Assembly (NCBI GenBank): GCA_017643845.1
Contig: JAEPMR010000008.1
Span: 8,811 to 72,810, forward strand
Source of the DNA: Marivivens sp.
GTDB lineage: Bacteria; Pseudomonadota; Alphaproteobacteria; Rhodobacterales; Rhodobacteraceae
Direction: 5' to 3'
DNA: 64,000 bases
Each line of letters starts with the position of its first letter. Position 1 is the first letter of the stretch. Of the stretch, positions 37,692-47,939 are shown in pieces. The notes beneath the pieces are model-generated. The model did not search any database. It saw nothing but the letters and a program-made list of their open reading frames with translations, and had not been told where the DNA came from. The position numbers and the translations under genes were made by a program.

Positions 37692-38765
37692 ATGCCTGCC
37701 AAGATTCCCTGCACCGTCGTGACCGGCTTTCTCGGTGCCGGCAAGACAACATTGATCCGCCATATGCTGCAAAATGCCAATGGCAAAAGGATCGCGCTCA
37801 TCATTAACGAATTCGGCGATTTGGGCGTCGATGGCGATATCCTGAAAGGCTGCGGGGAGGAAACCTGCACCGAAGAGGATGTGATGGAGCTGTCGAACGG
37901 CTGCATCTGCTGCACCGTTGCGGATGACTTCATCCCGACGATGGAGAAACTCCTTGAGCGGGAGAACAAGCCGGATCACATCGTGATCGAGACCTCCGGC
38001 CTTGCGCTGCCGCAGCCGCTGGTGCGGGCGTTCAACTGGCCGGGGATTTCGACAAAGGTGACGGTCGATGGCGTGGTAACGGTGGTGGACGGAAAGGCCG
38101 TGAGCGAAGGGCGATTTGCGCATTCGGTGGCGGCTGTTGATGCGCAGCGCAAGCTGGATGAGAACCTTGATCACGAAACACCGCTTTCGGAGCTGTTCGA
38201 GGATCAGGTGGCCTGTGCCGATATGATCGTAGTCAACAAGACCGACCTGCTGACTGCCGAAGAAGTAGAGGCACTCAGCGCCAAGCTGAAGGCCGAGAGC
38301 CGCGACGGGGTGCAGGTTGTCAAAGCCACCATGGGGGCGCTGCCGGTTGATGTGCTGCTGGGGCAGGGCATCGGCGCGGAGAGCGATCTGGAGGCGCGCC
38401 ACGAGGTGCATCACCATCATCATCACGACGATGATGACCATGATGAAGATCACCATCACGACCATGAGCATGAACACGGGCATGACGAGTTCGAAAGCTT
38501 TGTGGTGACTCTGGGTGAGATTGCCGATCCGAAAGGCTATTCCGAGCGGGTGGCAGATGTGATCCGCGCGCATGATATTTTGCGGCTCAAAGGATTTGTC
38601 GCCGTTTCGGGCAAACCGATGCGGATGACTTTGCAGGCCGTGGGGCCACGGATTGAGACCTATTTCGATCAGCCCTTTGGTGCTGCGCCACGCCAGACAA
38701 GGCTGGTGGTGATCGGTGAGGCGGGGCTGGATCGCGCAGCGATTGAGGCCGCGCTGGTGGCATGA
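37692..38765 (+). CDS. cobW: Cobalamin biosynthesis GTPase/metallochaperone CobW
   Basis: TGFLGAGKTT, NEFG, NGCICC, ETSG, NKTD, His-rich linker. Confidence 0.95.
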   Translation: MPAKIPCTVVTGFLGAGKTTLIRHMLQNANGKRIALIINEFGDLGVDGDILKGCGEETCTEEDVMELSNGCICCTVADDFIPTMEKLLERENKPDHIVIETSGLALPQPLVRAFNWPGISTKVTVDGVVTVVDGKAVSEGRFAHSVAAVDAQRKLDENLDHETPLSELFEDQVACADMIVVNKTDLLTAEEVEALSAKLKAESRDGVQVVKATMGALPVDVLLGQGIGAESDLEARHEVHHHHHHDDDDHDEDHHHDHEHEHGHDEFESFVVTLGEIADPKGYSERVADVIRAHDILRLKGFVAVSGKPMRMTLQAVGPRIETYFDQPFGAAPRQTRLVVIGEAGLDRAAIEAALVA

Positions 38766-39235
38766 GCATCCGCGTCCGGCAGGCAGATCCGCTGAGCGCG
38801 GAGGGGCGGGCGCTATTGGCGCAGAGCCATGCGTTCATGGCGGCGAAATATCCGCCCGAGCATGTCTTTGCGCTGCCTGCCGAGGCATTAGCGGAACCGC
38901 ATGTTCGCTTTTTCATTGCCGAGTTTGAAGGCCGCGCGGTCGGATGTGCCGCGCTGTCGAACAAGGGTGCCTATGGCGAGGTGAAATCCGTCTTCGTGGC
39001 GCCCGAAGGACGTGGGCGCGGGGCTGGCGCGGCATTGGTCGAGGCGCTTATCGCGGCGGCAGAGGCGCAAGCGCTCCCGTGGATGCGGCTGGAATCGGGT
39101 GACGACCTTTATGATGCGCATCGGCTCTATGCGCGGAATGGCTTTGCCATGAGCGGGCCGTTTGGCGACTATCAAGAAGGGCCGCATTCGATCTTTATGG
39201 AGCGCCGCATGGGCATGCCTGAAGGGGGTGCCTGA
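38762..39235 (+). CDS. GNAT acetyltransferase coupled between cobW and cobN
   Basis: GEVKSVFV, RGRGAG, RLESG, LYARNGF, PFGDY. Confidence 0.88.
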   Translation: MSIRVRQADPLSAEGRALLAQSHAFMAAKYPPEHVFALPAEALAEPHVRFFIAEFEGRAVGCAALSNKGAYGEVKSVFVAPEGRGRGAGAALVEALIAAAEAQALPWMRLESGDDLYDAHRLYARNGFAMSGPFGDYQEGPHSIFMERRMGMPEGGA

Positions 39236-42200
39236 TGCATCTCCTCGCCGCCACGCCGGGCAGTATTGACGACGGGAAAGAGCCTGTCGATCTGGGGCAG
39301 ACGCCTGCGGATGTGGTGGTGATCTCTGCCGCCGATACAGAGCTTGCGGGGCTGTCGGTGGCGCGGGCGGAGATGGATGCGCCGCCACAATTGCGGCTGG
39401 CGAATATGATGCATCTTCAGCATCCGATGTCCGTCGATCTGCATCTGGATCAATGCGCGACCCGCTCGAAGTTGGTGATCGCGCGGGTGCTGGGCGGTAT
39501 GGGATACTGGCGCTATGGCGTCGAGCAATATGCGGCGCGGTTGCGCGAGGCGGGTGTGCCGGTCGCGTTCCTTCCCGGGGATGACAAGCCGGATGCGGAG
39601 TTGCGGGCGCTCTCGACAGTTGAGGAAGCGGATTACGATGCGCTTTGGGCCTATCTGGTAGAGGGCGGGCCGCAGAACGCGGCGGCGTTCCTAACCTATG
39701 CGCAGGCGATGTTGGATGGTCGTGAGAAGCCGGAAGCAGCGCGACCCTTGCTGCGGGCGGGCATCTACTGGCCGGGTGCGGATCGAGCCGCTCTTGCGGA
39801 TGTGCAGGCCAGCTGGACCGAAGGCGCACCAGTGGTGCCAGTGGTGTTTTATCGCGCCTTGGTGCAGGGCGCGGGTCTGAACCCGATCAACCGTTTGACG
39901 CGCGCCTTGATGCGGGCGGGGCTGAACCCCTTGCCGGTGTTCGTGGCATCACTGAAAGATCCGGTGAGTGTGGCGACGCTTGAGCATCTGTTCACTGCCG
40001 CGCCGCCGAGCGTGATCCTGAACTGCACGTCTTTCGCGGTAGGCAGTCCGCATGAGGGTGATGACGGAACGGCCAATCCGCTGGCAATGGCGGCGGCGAA
40101 TGATGCGCCGGTGTTTCAGGTGGTGCTGTCGGGTGGATCGGAGGCGAGCTGGGATGAAGGGCTGACGGGCCTGTCGGCGCGCGACATCGCGATGAACGTG
40201 GCGCTGCCGGAGGTGGACGGACGCATCCTGAGCCGTGCAATCAGCTTTAAGGGCGAGGCGTTCTTCGACGAGGCGACCGAATGCCCGATCGCCACCTATC
40301 AGGCGCGGGGCGACCGGATTGATTTCGTCGTGGCGCTGGCGGAATCTTGGGCACGGCTGCGGGGTAAGGAAGCGGAAACGCGGCGCGTGGCGCTGGTGCT
40401 GGCGAACTACCCCAACAAGGACGGGCGGCTGGCGAATGGCGTCGGCCTGGATACGCCAGCGGGAACCGTGCATGTGATCCGTCTGTTGGAAGGGGCGGGC
40501 TATCGCACCCATGCGGCCCCTTCTGACGCCAAAGCGCTGATGGACCAGATGATGGCGGGGCCGACGAACTGGCTGACTGACCGCGCGGTGCGGACGGGCG
40601 GTGTGGACCTGTCGCTGGGTGACTACGAGCGGGCCTACGGGCAGTTGCCGTGGGAGTTGCGGCGGGACATCGAAGCGCGCTGGGGCAAGCCGGACGCGGA
40701 TCCGTTTTTCGAGGCGGGTGAAGTGGATTGCGGGCGGTTCAAGCTGTCGGTGATGCAATACGGCAATGTGGTGGTAGGGCTGCAACCGGCGCGGGGTTAT
40801 AACGTCGATCCGACGGAGACATATCACGCGCCGGATCTGGTGCCGCCGCACAATTACCTCGCCTTCTATTTCTGGCTGCGGAATAGCTTTGACGCCGATG
40901 CGATTGTGCATATGGGCAAGCACGGGAACCTTGAATGGCTGCCGGGCAAGGCGCTGGCGCTCTCTGAAACATGTTGGCCGGAGGCGATCCTCGGGCCGGT
41001 GCCGCATCTCTATCCGTTTATCGTCAACGATCCCGGTGAGGGAACACAGGCAAAGCGGCGTGCGCAGGCGGTGATCATTGATCACCTGACGCCGCCACTG
41101 ACCCGCGCCGAAAGCTATGGACCGCTGCGCGATCTGGAAGCGCTGGTGGACGAATATTACGAGGCGGCAGGCGTGGACCCGCGCCGGATTACGCATTTAC
41201 GCAAGGAAATCCTCTCGCTTTCCGAGGTGACGGGGCTTGCCGCCGATGTGGGGATGCAAGGCGATGCGGAGCAGGATCTGGCCAAACTCGATGCATACCT
41301 TTGTGAATTGAAAGAGGCGCAGATTCGCGACGGGCTGCATATCTTCGGCCAGTCGCCCGAGGGTGTGCAGGCGCGTGATCTGGCGATTGCGCTGGCGCGG
41401 GTACCAAGGGGTGCGGGCAAGGGGCGGGATGCGTCCTTGCTGCGGGCGCTGGCGGATGATCTGGCGCTTGGGTTTGACCCGCTGGATTGCGATATGGCGG
41501 AAGCTTGGGGGGCAGCGCGGCCTGAGGTGCTGAATGTGCTGGATGCGGGTCTGTGGCGCAGTGCGGGCGATACGGTTGAGCGGCTGGAGCTGCTGGCGGC
41601 GCAGATGGTGGACGGTTTGGCGAAGGCTCCGGGGGCGGCATCGGCTGAGGTATTGGCAGAAATCCGCGAACGGATCATGCCGACCGTCGCGGCCTGCGGG
41701 CCGGAGGAAGGGGTTGCGCTCTTGCGCGGGCTGGAGGGTAGGGCGATCGCGCCGGGGCCATCCGGTGCACCGACGCGGGGGCGGATGGATGTGCTGCCGA
41801 CGGGGAAGAATTTCTTCAGCGTGGACAGCCGTGCCGTGCCGACGCCGACCGCATGGGCGCTGGGCTGGAAATCGGCAAACCTGTTGATCGAGAAATACCT
41901 GCAAGATCATGGCGATTGGCCGCGTACGATGCTGGTGACGGCGTGGGGCACGGCCAATATGCGGACCGGTGGCGATGACATTGCGCAGGCGCTGGCGCTG
42001 ATGGGCGTAAAACCGAAATGGGACAGCGCAAACCGTCGGGTGACGGGGTTCGAGATATTGCCGGAAGGCGTATTGGGACGGCCGCGCGTGGATGTGACGC
42101 TGCGGGTTTCGGGCTTTTTCCGCGATGCGTTTCCGCAGCTGATCGCGCTGGTGGACAGCGCCGCCCGTGCGGTTCAGGCGCTGGACGAAAACGCGGACCA

Positions 42201-42945
42201 AAACCCCGCCGCAGCGCGGGTGCGCGAAGGGGGTAATGCCGCGCGGGTCTATGGCTCGAAACCGGGCGCCTATGGTGCGGGTTTGCAGGCGCTGATCGAC
42301 GAGCGGGTCTGGAACGACAAGGCGGATCTGGGCAATGCCTACCTTGAATGGGGTGGTTATGCCTATGGTGCGGGTCAGGAAGGCGTGCGCGACCGCGAGG
42401 GGTTTGCCGCGCGGTTGGGCGAGGTGGAAGCCATCGTGCAAAACCAAGATAACCGCGAGCACGACATCCTCGACAGTGATGACTACTACCAGTTCGAGGG
42501 CGGCGCGGCGGCGGCTGTGTCGAGCCTGCAAGGGCGCGACAGGCCGATTTATCACAACGACCATTCACGCCCTGAACGCCCTGTCATCCGCACGCTGGAC
42601 GACGAGATCGGCCGTGTGGTGCGCAGCCGCGTGGTGAACCCGAAGTGGATCGAGGGTGTGAAACGTCACGGCTACAAGGGCGCTTTTGAGTTCGCGGCGA
42701 CGGTGGATTACCTCTTTGCCTTTGCGGCGACCACGGGCGCGGTGCGCGGGCATCACTTTGATCTGGTGGAGAGCGCCTTTCTTGAGGACGACGCCACGCG
42801 CGCATTCATTGAAGAACATAACGAACCGGCGCTGCACGAGATTGCCGAGCGGTTGCAGGAGGCGATTGATCGCGGGCTGTGGCAGCCACGGTCGAATTCC
42901 GCGCGGGCGCGGATTGCGGCGATGGTGCGTGGAGACCTGCCATGA
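39235..42945 (+). CDS. cobN: Cobaltochelatase subunit CobN
   Basis: MHLLAATPG, PEVDG, HMGKHGNLEWLPGK, PTGKNF, NPKWI. Confidence 0.97.
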   Translation: MHLLAATPGSIDDGKEPVDLGQTPADVVVISAADTELAGLSVARAEMDAPPQLRLANMMHLQHPMSVDLHLDQCATRSKLVIARVLGGMGYWRYGVEQYAARLREAGVPVAFLPGDDKPDAELRALSTVEEADYDALWAYLVEGGPQNAAAFLTYAQAMLDGREKPEAARPLLRAGIYWPGADRAALADVQASWTEGAPVVPVVFYRALVQGAGLNPINRLTRALMRAGLNPLPVFVASLKDPVSVATLEHLFTAAPPSVILNCTSFAVGSPHEGDDGTANPLAMAAANDAPVFQVVLSGGSEASWDEGLTGLSARDIAMNVALPEVDGRILSRAISFKGEAFFDEATECPIATYQARGDRIDFVVALAESWARLRGKEAETRRVALVLANYPNKDGRLANGVGLDTPAGTVHVIRLLEGAGYRTHAAPSDAKALMDQMMAGPTNWLTDRAVRTGGVDLSLGDYERAYGQLPWELRRDIEARWGKPDADPFFEAGEVDCGRFKLSVMQYGNVVVGLQPARGYNVDPTETYHAPDLVPPHNYLAFYFWLRNSFDADAIVHMGKHGNLEWLPGKALALSETCWPEAILGPVPHLYPFIVNDPGEGTQAKRRAQAVIIDHLTPPLTRAESYGPLRDLEALVDEYYEAAGVDPRRITHLRKEILSLSEVTGLAADVGMQGDAEQDLAKLDAYLCELKEAQIRDGLHIFGQSPEGVQARDLAIALARVPRGAGKGRDASLLRALADDLALGFDPLDCDMAEAWGAARPEVLNVLDAGLWRSAGDTVERLELLAAQMVDGLAKAPGAASAEVLAEIRERIMPTVAACGPEEGVALLRGLEGRAIAPGPSGAPTRGRMDVLPTGKNFFSVDSRAVPTPTAWALGWKSANLLIEKYLQDHGDWPRTMLVTAWGTANMRTGGDDIAQALALMGVKPKWDSANRRVTGFEILPEGVLGRPRVDVTLRVSGFFRDAFPQLIALVDSAARAVQALDENADQNPAAARVREGGNAARVYGSKPGAYGAGLQALIDERVWNDKADLGNAYLEWGGYAYGAGQEGVRDREGFAARLGEVEAIVQNQDNREHDILDSDDYYQFEGGAAAAVSSLQGRDRPIYHNDHSRPERPVIRTLDDEIGRVVRSRVVNPKWIEGVKRHGYKGAFEFAATVDYLFAFAATTGAVRGHHFDLVESAFLEDDATRAFIEEHNEPALHEIAERLQEAIDRGLWQPRSNSARARIAAMVRGDLP

Positions 42946-43295
42946 TCCTGCATCTGACCATACTGCTCCTGTATCAATTGGGAGGTGAGGTTGCCGCGCG
43001 GGTACTGGGCCTGCCGCTGCCGGGGCCAGTGATCGGGATGGCGGCGCTGTTCATAAGCTTTGTGCTGTTTCCCAAACTGGCCGAGTTGATCCAGCCGACG
43101 ACCAAGGTGCTGCTGGCGCATCTGTCGCTGCTGTTCGTTCCGGCAGGGGTTGGCGTCGTCGGACATCTGGACAAGCTTTCCGCGCACGGACCCGCGCTCG
43201 CGGTGGCGATTGTGGGGTCGACTGTGCTCACGATTCTGGCCGGTGTGGGAACGTTCCTCCTCGTCGGGCGGCTGGTGGGGGCGCGCGATGAATGA
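42942..43295 (+). CDS. CidA/LrgA family membrane protein
   Basis: LPLPGPVIGM, LLFVPAGVG; ATGA overlap with cobN. Confidence 0.9.
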   Translation: MILHLTILLLYQLGGEVAARVLGLPLPGPVIGMAALFISFVLFPKLAELIQPTTKVLLAHLSLLFVPAGVGVVGHLDKLSAHGPALAVAIVGSTVLTILAGVGTFLLVGRLVGARDE

Positions 43296-44025
43296 TGTGA
43301 CCCAGATCTGGAGCTATCTGGCGCAAGACCCGCTCTTGTGGCTGACGCTGACACTGGTGAGCTATGTTATCGGCGATGCAGCGTTCCGCGCGGCGGGGCG
43401 GCGGCCCTTGGTCAATCCGGTGCTGATCGCGGTGGCGCTGTTGGCGATTATGCTGCGGGTGACAGAGACCGAATACGCAACCTATTTCGAAGGTGCTCAG
43501 TTCATCCACTTCATCCTTGGGCCTGCGACGGTGGCGCTCGCGGTGCCTCTTTACGCCAATCTGGGGCGGATACGGGCGACTGCCGTGCCGATGCTGGCCG
43601 CACTTGTTGCGGGGTCGGTGACGGCGATTGCCAGTTCGGTGCTGATTGCGGGCTGGATGGGGGTGGATCGGGCGATGTTGCTGTCGATCGCGCCAAAATC
43701 TGCAACCGCACCTGTGGCGCTGGGGGTATCAGAAGCGATGGGTGGTGCGCCGACGTTGACGGCGGTGATGGTGATCCTGACGGGGATTACCGGCGCGATT
43801 GTGGCGACGCCGCTGCTGAACCTGCTGCGCATTCGCGATTATCGCGCGCGGGGCTTTGCGCTAGGCGTGGCGAGCCATGGGATCGGGACAGCGCGGGCGT
43901 TTCAGGTCAATGAGACCGCTGGCGCATTTGCCGGTGTTGGCATGGGGCTGAATGCTGTGCTGACGGCATTGATCGCGCCGTTGCTGGCGCCGTGGCTGAT
44001 TGGGCTGGTGAGCGGGTTAAATTAG
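43288..44025 (+). CDS. LrgB/CidB family membrane protein
   Basis: LGPATVALAVPLY, APKSATAP, GVASHGIGTARA. Confidence 0.92.
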   Translation: MNDVTQIWSYLAQDPLLWLTLTLVSYVIGDAAFRAAGRRPLVNPVLIAVALLAIMLRVTETEYATYFEGAQFIHFILGPATVALAVPLYANLGRIRATAVPMLAALVAGSVTAIASSVLIAGWMGVDRAMLLSIAPKSATAPVALGVSEAMGGAPTLTAVMVILTGITGAIVATPLLNLLRIRDYRARGFALGVASHGIGTARAFQVNETAGAFAGVGMGLNAVLTALIAPLLAPWLIGLVSGLN

Positions 44026-44077
44026 AGTTGTGCCTGTTGCGGTGCTGCCGCAGGGTGGATGTAAGATGGAGGACGAT

Positions 44078-44686
44078 ATGACCGAGGATGCAGACCGCCA
44101 CGCGGTGAAGATGGCCAAGAAGAAGGCCGCCCGCGACAAGATCATGGCCACCAAGACCGACAAGAAGGGCCTGATCATCGTCCATACCGGCAAGGGCAAG
44201 GGGAAATCCTCCGCCGCGTTTGGGATGATCTTCCGCTGTATCGCGCATGGGATGAAATGCGCGGTGGTGCAGTTCATCAAGGGCGGTATGGAATGCGGCG
44301 AGCGCAACCTGATCACGGAACGTTTTGCAGATGTGTGCGAGTTCTATACGATGGGTGAGGGCTTTACCTGGGAAACCCAAGACAAGACCCGTGACATCGA
44401 AATGGCGCAGGCGGCGTGGGAGAAATCCAAGGAGCTGATCCGCGATCCTGCGAATACGATGGTGCTATTGGACGAGATCAACATCGCGATCCGCTATAAT
44501 TATGTGGACATCAAAGAGGTGGTGCAGTTCCTCGTGGAGGAAAAGCCGGAGATGACTCACGTCGTCTTGACGGGGCGCAATGCGCATGACGACTTGATCG
44601 AGATTGCCGATCTGGTGACGGAAATGGAGCTGGTGAAGCACCCGTTCCGCGCAGGTATTAAGGCGCAGATTGGCGTGGAATTTTGA
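44078..44686 (+). CDS. cobO: Cob(I)yrinic acid a,c-diamide adenosyltransferase
   Basis: HTGKGKGKSSAAFG, VQFIKG, LLDEI, TGR, KHPF. Confidence 0.96.
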   Translation: MTEDADRHAVKMAKKKAARDKIMATKTDKKGLIIVHTGKGKGKSSAAFGMIFRCIAHGMKCAVVQFIKGGMECGERNLITERFADVCEFYTMGEGFTWETQDKTRDIEMAQAAWEKSKELIRDPANTMVLLDEINIAIRYNYVDIKEVVQFLVEEKPEMTHVVLTGRNAHDDLIEIADLVTEMELVKHPFRAGIKAQIGVEF

Positions 44687-44719
44687 TTTTTAGAAATCAA
44701 AAATAGCATTTTAAAATGC

Positions 44720-44752
44720 AAAAAGGACCGCTTGGTGCGGTCCTTTTCTTTT
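44720..44752. terminator. Bidirectional terminator between cobO and dapA
   Basis: aaaaaggaccgc-ttggt-gcggtccttttcttt. Confidence 0.85.
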
Positions 44753-44767
44753 GTGCTGTCGAGGGAA

Positions 44768-45640
44768 TTAGTTGATCAGGCCAGCGTGCTTCATCGCGTC
44801 TTTGATCGAGAGGCGGGTGCCGTCATCGAGCGGGGTGAGGGGCGAGCGGACCTCATCTTTGCATAGACCCAGAAGCGACATCGCATATTTCGCGCCGACG
44901 ACGCCGGGCTCCATGAAGATGGCTTCGTGCAGAGGCATCAGGCGGTCAAGGAGTTCCAGAGCGGCGGTGTAGTCACCGCGCAGTGTCGCCTCCTGAAACT
45001 GGCTGCAGAGTTTCGGTGCGACGTTGGCGGTGACCGAAATGCAGCCGGTGCCGCCATGGGCGTTGAAGCCGAGCGCGGTGGCGTCTTCGCCTGAAAGCTG
45101 GATGAAATCGGTGCCGCAGCAGCGGCGCTGCTTGGGGACGCGGGCGAGGTCGCCGGTGGCGTCCTTCACGCCGACAATCATCGGGTGCTTCGCCAGTTCG
45201 CCCATCGTCGCGGGCGTCATGTCCACGACCGAGCGGCCCGGGATGTTGTAAATGATAATTGGCAGGCCACACTCCGCGGTGGCGAGGAAATGGGTCAGCA
45301 GTCCGCGCTGGGTCGGCTTGTTGTAATAGGGGGTCACGACCAGGGCGGCATCGGCGCCAGCATTTTTGGCGGCTTCGACGAGGCGGACTGCTTCGATTGT
45401 GTTGTTCGAGCCGGCACCGGCAATCACAGGAACGCGGCCAGCGGCGGTCTTGACGACAGTTTCGACGACGAGGTCGTGCTCGGCGTGGCTCAGCGTCGGG
45501 CTTTCGCCGGTTGTGCCGACGGGGACGAGACCATGACTGCCCTCGGCTATATGCCATTCGACGAGTTTTTTCAGCGTGTCGAGATCGAGCTGGCCGTTGT
45601 CGAATGGGGTGACAAGTGCGGGGAGAGACCCACGGATCAT
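44768..45640 (-). CDS. dapA: 4-hydroxy-tetrahydrodipicolinate synthase
   Basis: GTTGES, PYYNKP, YNIPGR, GVKDATG. Confidence 0.96.
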   Translation of the reverse strand: MIRGSLPALVTPFDNGQLDLDTLKKLVEWHIAEGSHGLVPVGTTGESPTLSHAEHDLVVETVVKTAAGRVPVIAGAGSNNTIEAVRLVEAAKNAGADAALVVTPYYNKPTQRGLLTHFLATAECGLPIIIYNIPGRSVVDMTPATMGELAKHPMIVGVKDATGDLARVPKQRRCCGTDFIQLSGEDATALGFNAHGGTGCISVTANVAPKLCSQFQEATLRGDYTAALELLDRLMPLHEAIFMEPGVVGAKYAMSLLGLCKDEVRSPLTPLDDGTRLSIKDAMKHAGLIN

Positions 45641-45790
45641 GACGCGCTTCCTTTGCAGGGGCAGACGAGTCTGCCCGAATAAAACCGCGCGGAACCTAGA
45701 CGGGTTTCCGCCGATTGCCAAGTTGATGAATTGCTATTGTGCCATGGCAAGCTAGGATATCCAAAAAGAGACAAGAGGCAGTTGGTTTCG

Positions 45791-47875
45791 ATGAGACGGG
45801 TTTTCCTGACCCTTGGTGTGTGCCTGTGTCTTGCCGCAGGTGCCGCAGCGCAGATTGCGGCAGACGATCCCGCAGTGGCACGGGTGTTTGACGCGGCGCG
45901 GGATGGAGATTGGGCGACGGCCCAGAGCGCAGTGCCTGCCGATGATCCGCTCCTGCGCGATCTCGTGACGTGGTTGAAGATCCGAGCTGATGCGGCGGAT
46001 TTCGAAACAGCGCGCACGTTTCTGGCGCGGCGCGGGGACTGGCCGCGCCAAGATGATCTGCAGGCTGCTGCCGAGAAGGTGATTCCTACGGGGCTCAGTG
46101 CGGACGAGGTGATTGCGTGGTTCGGCGGTCGCGCGCCCAAAACGGGATTTGGCGTTTTGAGGCTCGCGGAGGCGCATCTGGCGGCGGATGATGCTGTAGC
46201 CGCAGCGCTGGTTTTGCGCGAGGGCTGGCTGTCACTTGTCATGGATGAGCCAGAGGAAGCGGCGCTGAGGGCGCGGTTTGAAAACGGTTTGGCACTGCTG
46301 CATGGCGAGCGGGTTACGGCGCTGCTGGATCGGGGGGCGGTTGCGGCAGCGGAGCGTTTGTTGCCGATGCTCGAGGGTGCGGCGCAAGCCGAGGCGGCGC
46401 TGCGGATCGCTGTTCAACGCGGCGGAGAGGCAGGAGATGCCGCCTATGATGCCGCGCCATCGGCGCTGAGAAATCTATCCAGTGTTGCGGCGGATCGGTT
46501 CAACCAGATTGCAGCGCGCGGCGACTGGACGGACGCGATAGCGCTGTTGGAAGAGCAGAATGCGATTGAGGAGGCGGAGCGGTGGTCTGGCTGGCGCCGT
46601 GTGCTGGCCCGTTGGGAAATGCGCGAAGGGCGGGACGGCTCTGCCTACCGGCTCGCGGCGACGCATGGGCTGACGCCTGAGGCGGGAGAGAACTATGCCG
46701 ATCTGGAGTGGCTGGCAGGCTATGTGGCGCTACGAAAACTGGATCGGCCGGAGGTCGCGCTGACGCATTTCCAGCGCGTAGAGCAAGCTGTGGATGGCGC
46801 CATTTCACTGTCCCGCGCCGGATATTGGATCGGGCGAGCGCATGCGGAGCTTGGAAACGCGATCGCTGCGCAGGAAGCCTATGCGCGGGCGGCACAGCAC
46901 CAAACCGCTTTTTACGGCCTGCTGGCAGCGGAACGTCTGGGACGGCCGCTGGATCGGATGCTGGCCGGACGGGGGAATTTGCAACAATGGCGTGGAAGTG
47001 AGCTGGCTCAAGACAGCCGGTTTCAGGCGCTACAGCGGCTGATTGCCGGTGGTGAACGTAGCGGTGCGGTGTCATTCGTCGCGCAGCTCGCGCGTGAGCT
47101 GGAGGCTGGTTCTCTCGCGCAGTTGGGCTATTACCTTGAGGAGAAAGGCGAGCCGTTTTTCGAAGTTCTTGCAGGGAAGACTGCAGCGGCGCGCGGTATC
47201 CAGATCCCGGCGCTACTGTTTCCGATCCACCCGATGGCGGAGCGGAGTTATCCGGTCGCGCCGGAGATCGGACTGGCTTTTGCGCGACGGGAGAGCGAAT
47301 TCAATCCGGTGGTGGGAAGCCCGGCCGGTGCGCTGGGGCTGATGCAGCTTATGCCGGGTACCGCAGAGGAAATGGCGGGACGGTTGGACATGCCGTATTC
47401 GCGGGGGCGGCTCACGGCGGATTGGCCCTATAATGCGGAATTGGGCACGGGCTATCTGGCGCGACTCTACGAGCGGTTCGGGGACGGGCTGACGCTGGTC
47501 GCTGTTGGGTATAACGCCGGACCGCGCCGATCAGACGAGTGGATTGTGGCGCGTGGTGATCCGCGTGAGCCGGATGTCGATGTTATCGACTGGATCGAGC
47601 ATATCCCGTTTCGCGAGACGCGGAATTATGTGCAGCGGGTGGCCGAGGCGGTCATCGTCTATCGCGCGCGGTTGGGCGGTGGCGGAGGTGACGTGGGTAT
47701 CGAGGCGCTTTTGCGTGACGGGCTGACACCTGTTCCGCTGCGGCCGGTTTCAGATCTGGTGCCCGTGGCCACGCCGACGCCTGTGGCACGGCCCGGTTCC
47801 GAAGGGGTGCCGCCCGCGCCGTCGGAACTGGTGCCGGATCGGACGCCTCTGCCCGTTGCGCGACCGGGAGGATAA
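45791..47875 (+). CDS. Soluble lytic transglycosylase (Slt70-like)
   Basis: Signal peptide, helical repeats, RRESEF, GLMQLMP, YNAG, IPFRETRNYV. Confidence 0.92.
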   Translation: MRRVFLTLGVCLCLAAGAAAQIAADDPAVARVFDAARDGDWATAQSAVPADDPLLRDLVTWLKIRADAADFETARTFLARRGDWPRQDDLQAAAEKVIPTGLSADEVIAWFGGRAPKTGFGVLRLAEAHLAADDAVAAALVLREGWLSLVMDEPEEAALRARFENGLALLHGERVTALLDRGAVAAAERLLPMLEGAAQAEAALRIAVQRGGEAGDAAYDAAPSALRNLSSVAADRFNQIAARGDWTDAIALLEEQNAIEEAERWSGWRRVLARWEMREGRDGSAYRLAATHGLTPEAGENYADLEWLAGYVALRKLDRPEVALTHFQRVEQAVDGAISLSRAGYWIGRAHAELGNAIAAQEAYARAAQHQTAFYGLLAAERLGRPLDRMLAGRGNLQQWRGSELAQDSRFQALQRLIAGGERSGAVSFVAQLARELEAGSLAQLGYYLEEKGEPFFEVLAGKTAAARGIQIPALLFPIHPMAERSYPVAPEIGLAFARRESEFNPVVGSPAGALGLMQLMPGTAEEMAGRLDMPYSRGRLTADWPYNAELGTGYLARLYERFGDGLTLVAVGYNAGPRRSDEWIVARGDPREPDVDVIDWIEHIPFRETRNYVQRVAEAVIVYRARLGGGGGDVGIEALLRDGLTPVPLRPVSDLVPVATPTPVARPGSEGVPPAPSELVPDRTPLPVARPGG

Positions 47876-47939
47876 CGCGAGGTCTGTTTGAAAACGCTTG
47901 TGTTTAGGATCAGGGGTGCGGTTCAATTTATGGAACCGA

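Noticed and set aside
38400-38485. Trinucleotide-like repeat
   Set aside because: Encodes the normal His/Asp-rich linker of CobW
37620-38573. 427-aa minus-strand ORF
   Set aside because: Only the last 109 codons form a DUF1636 protein; the rest is antisense to cobW
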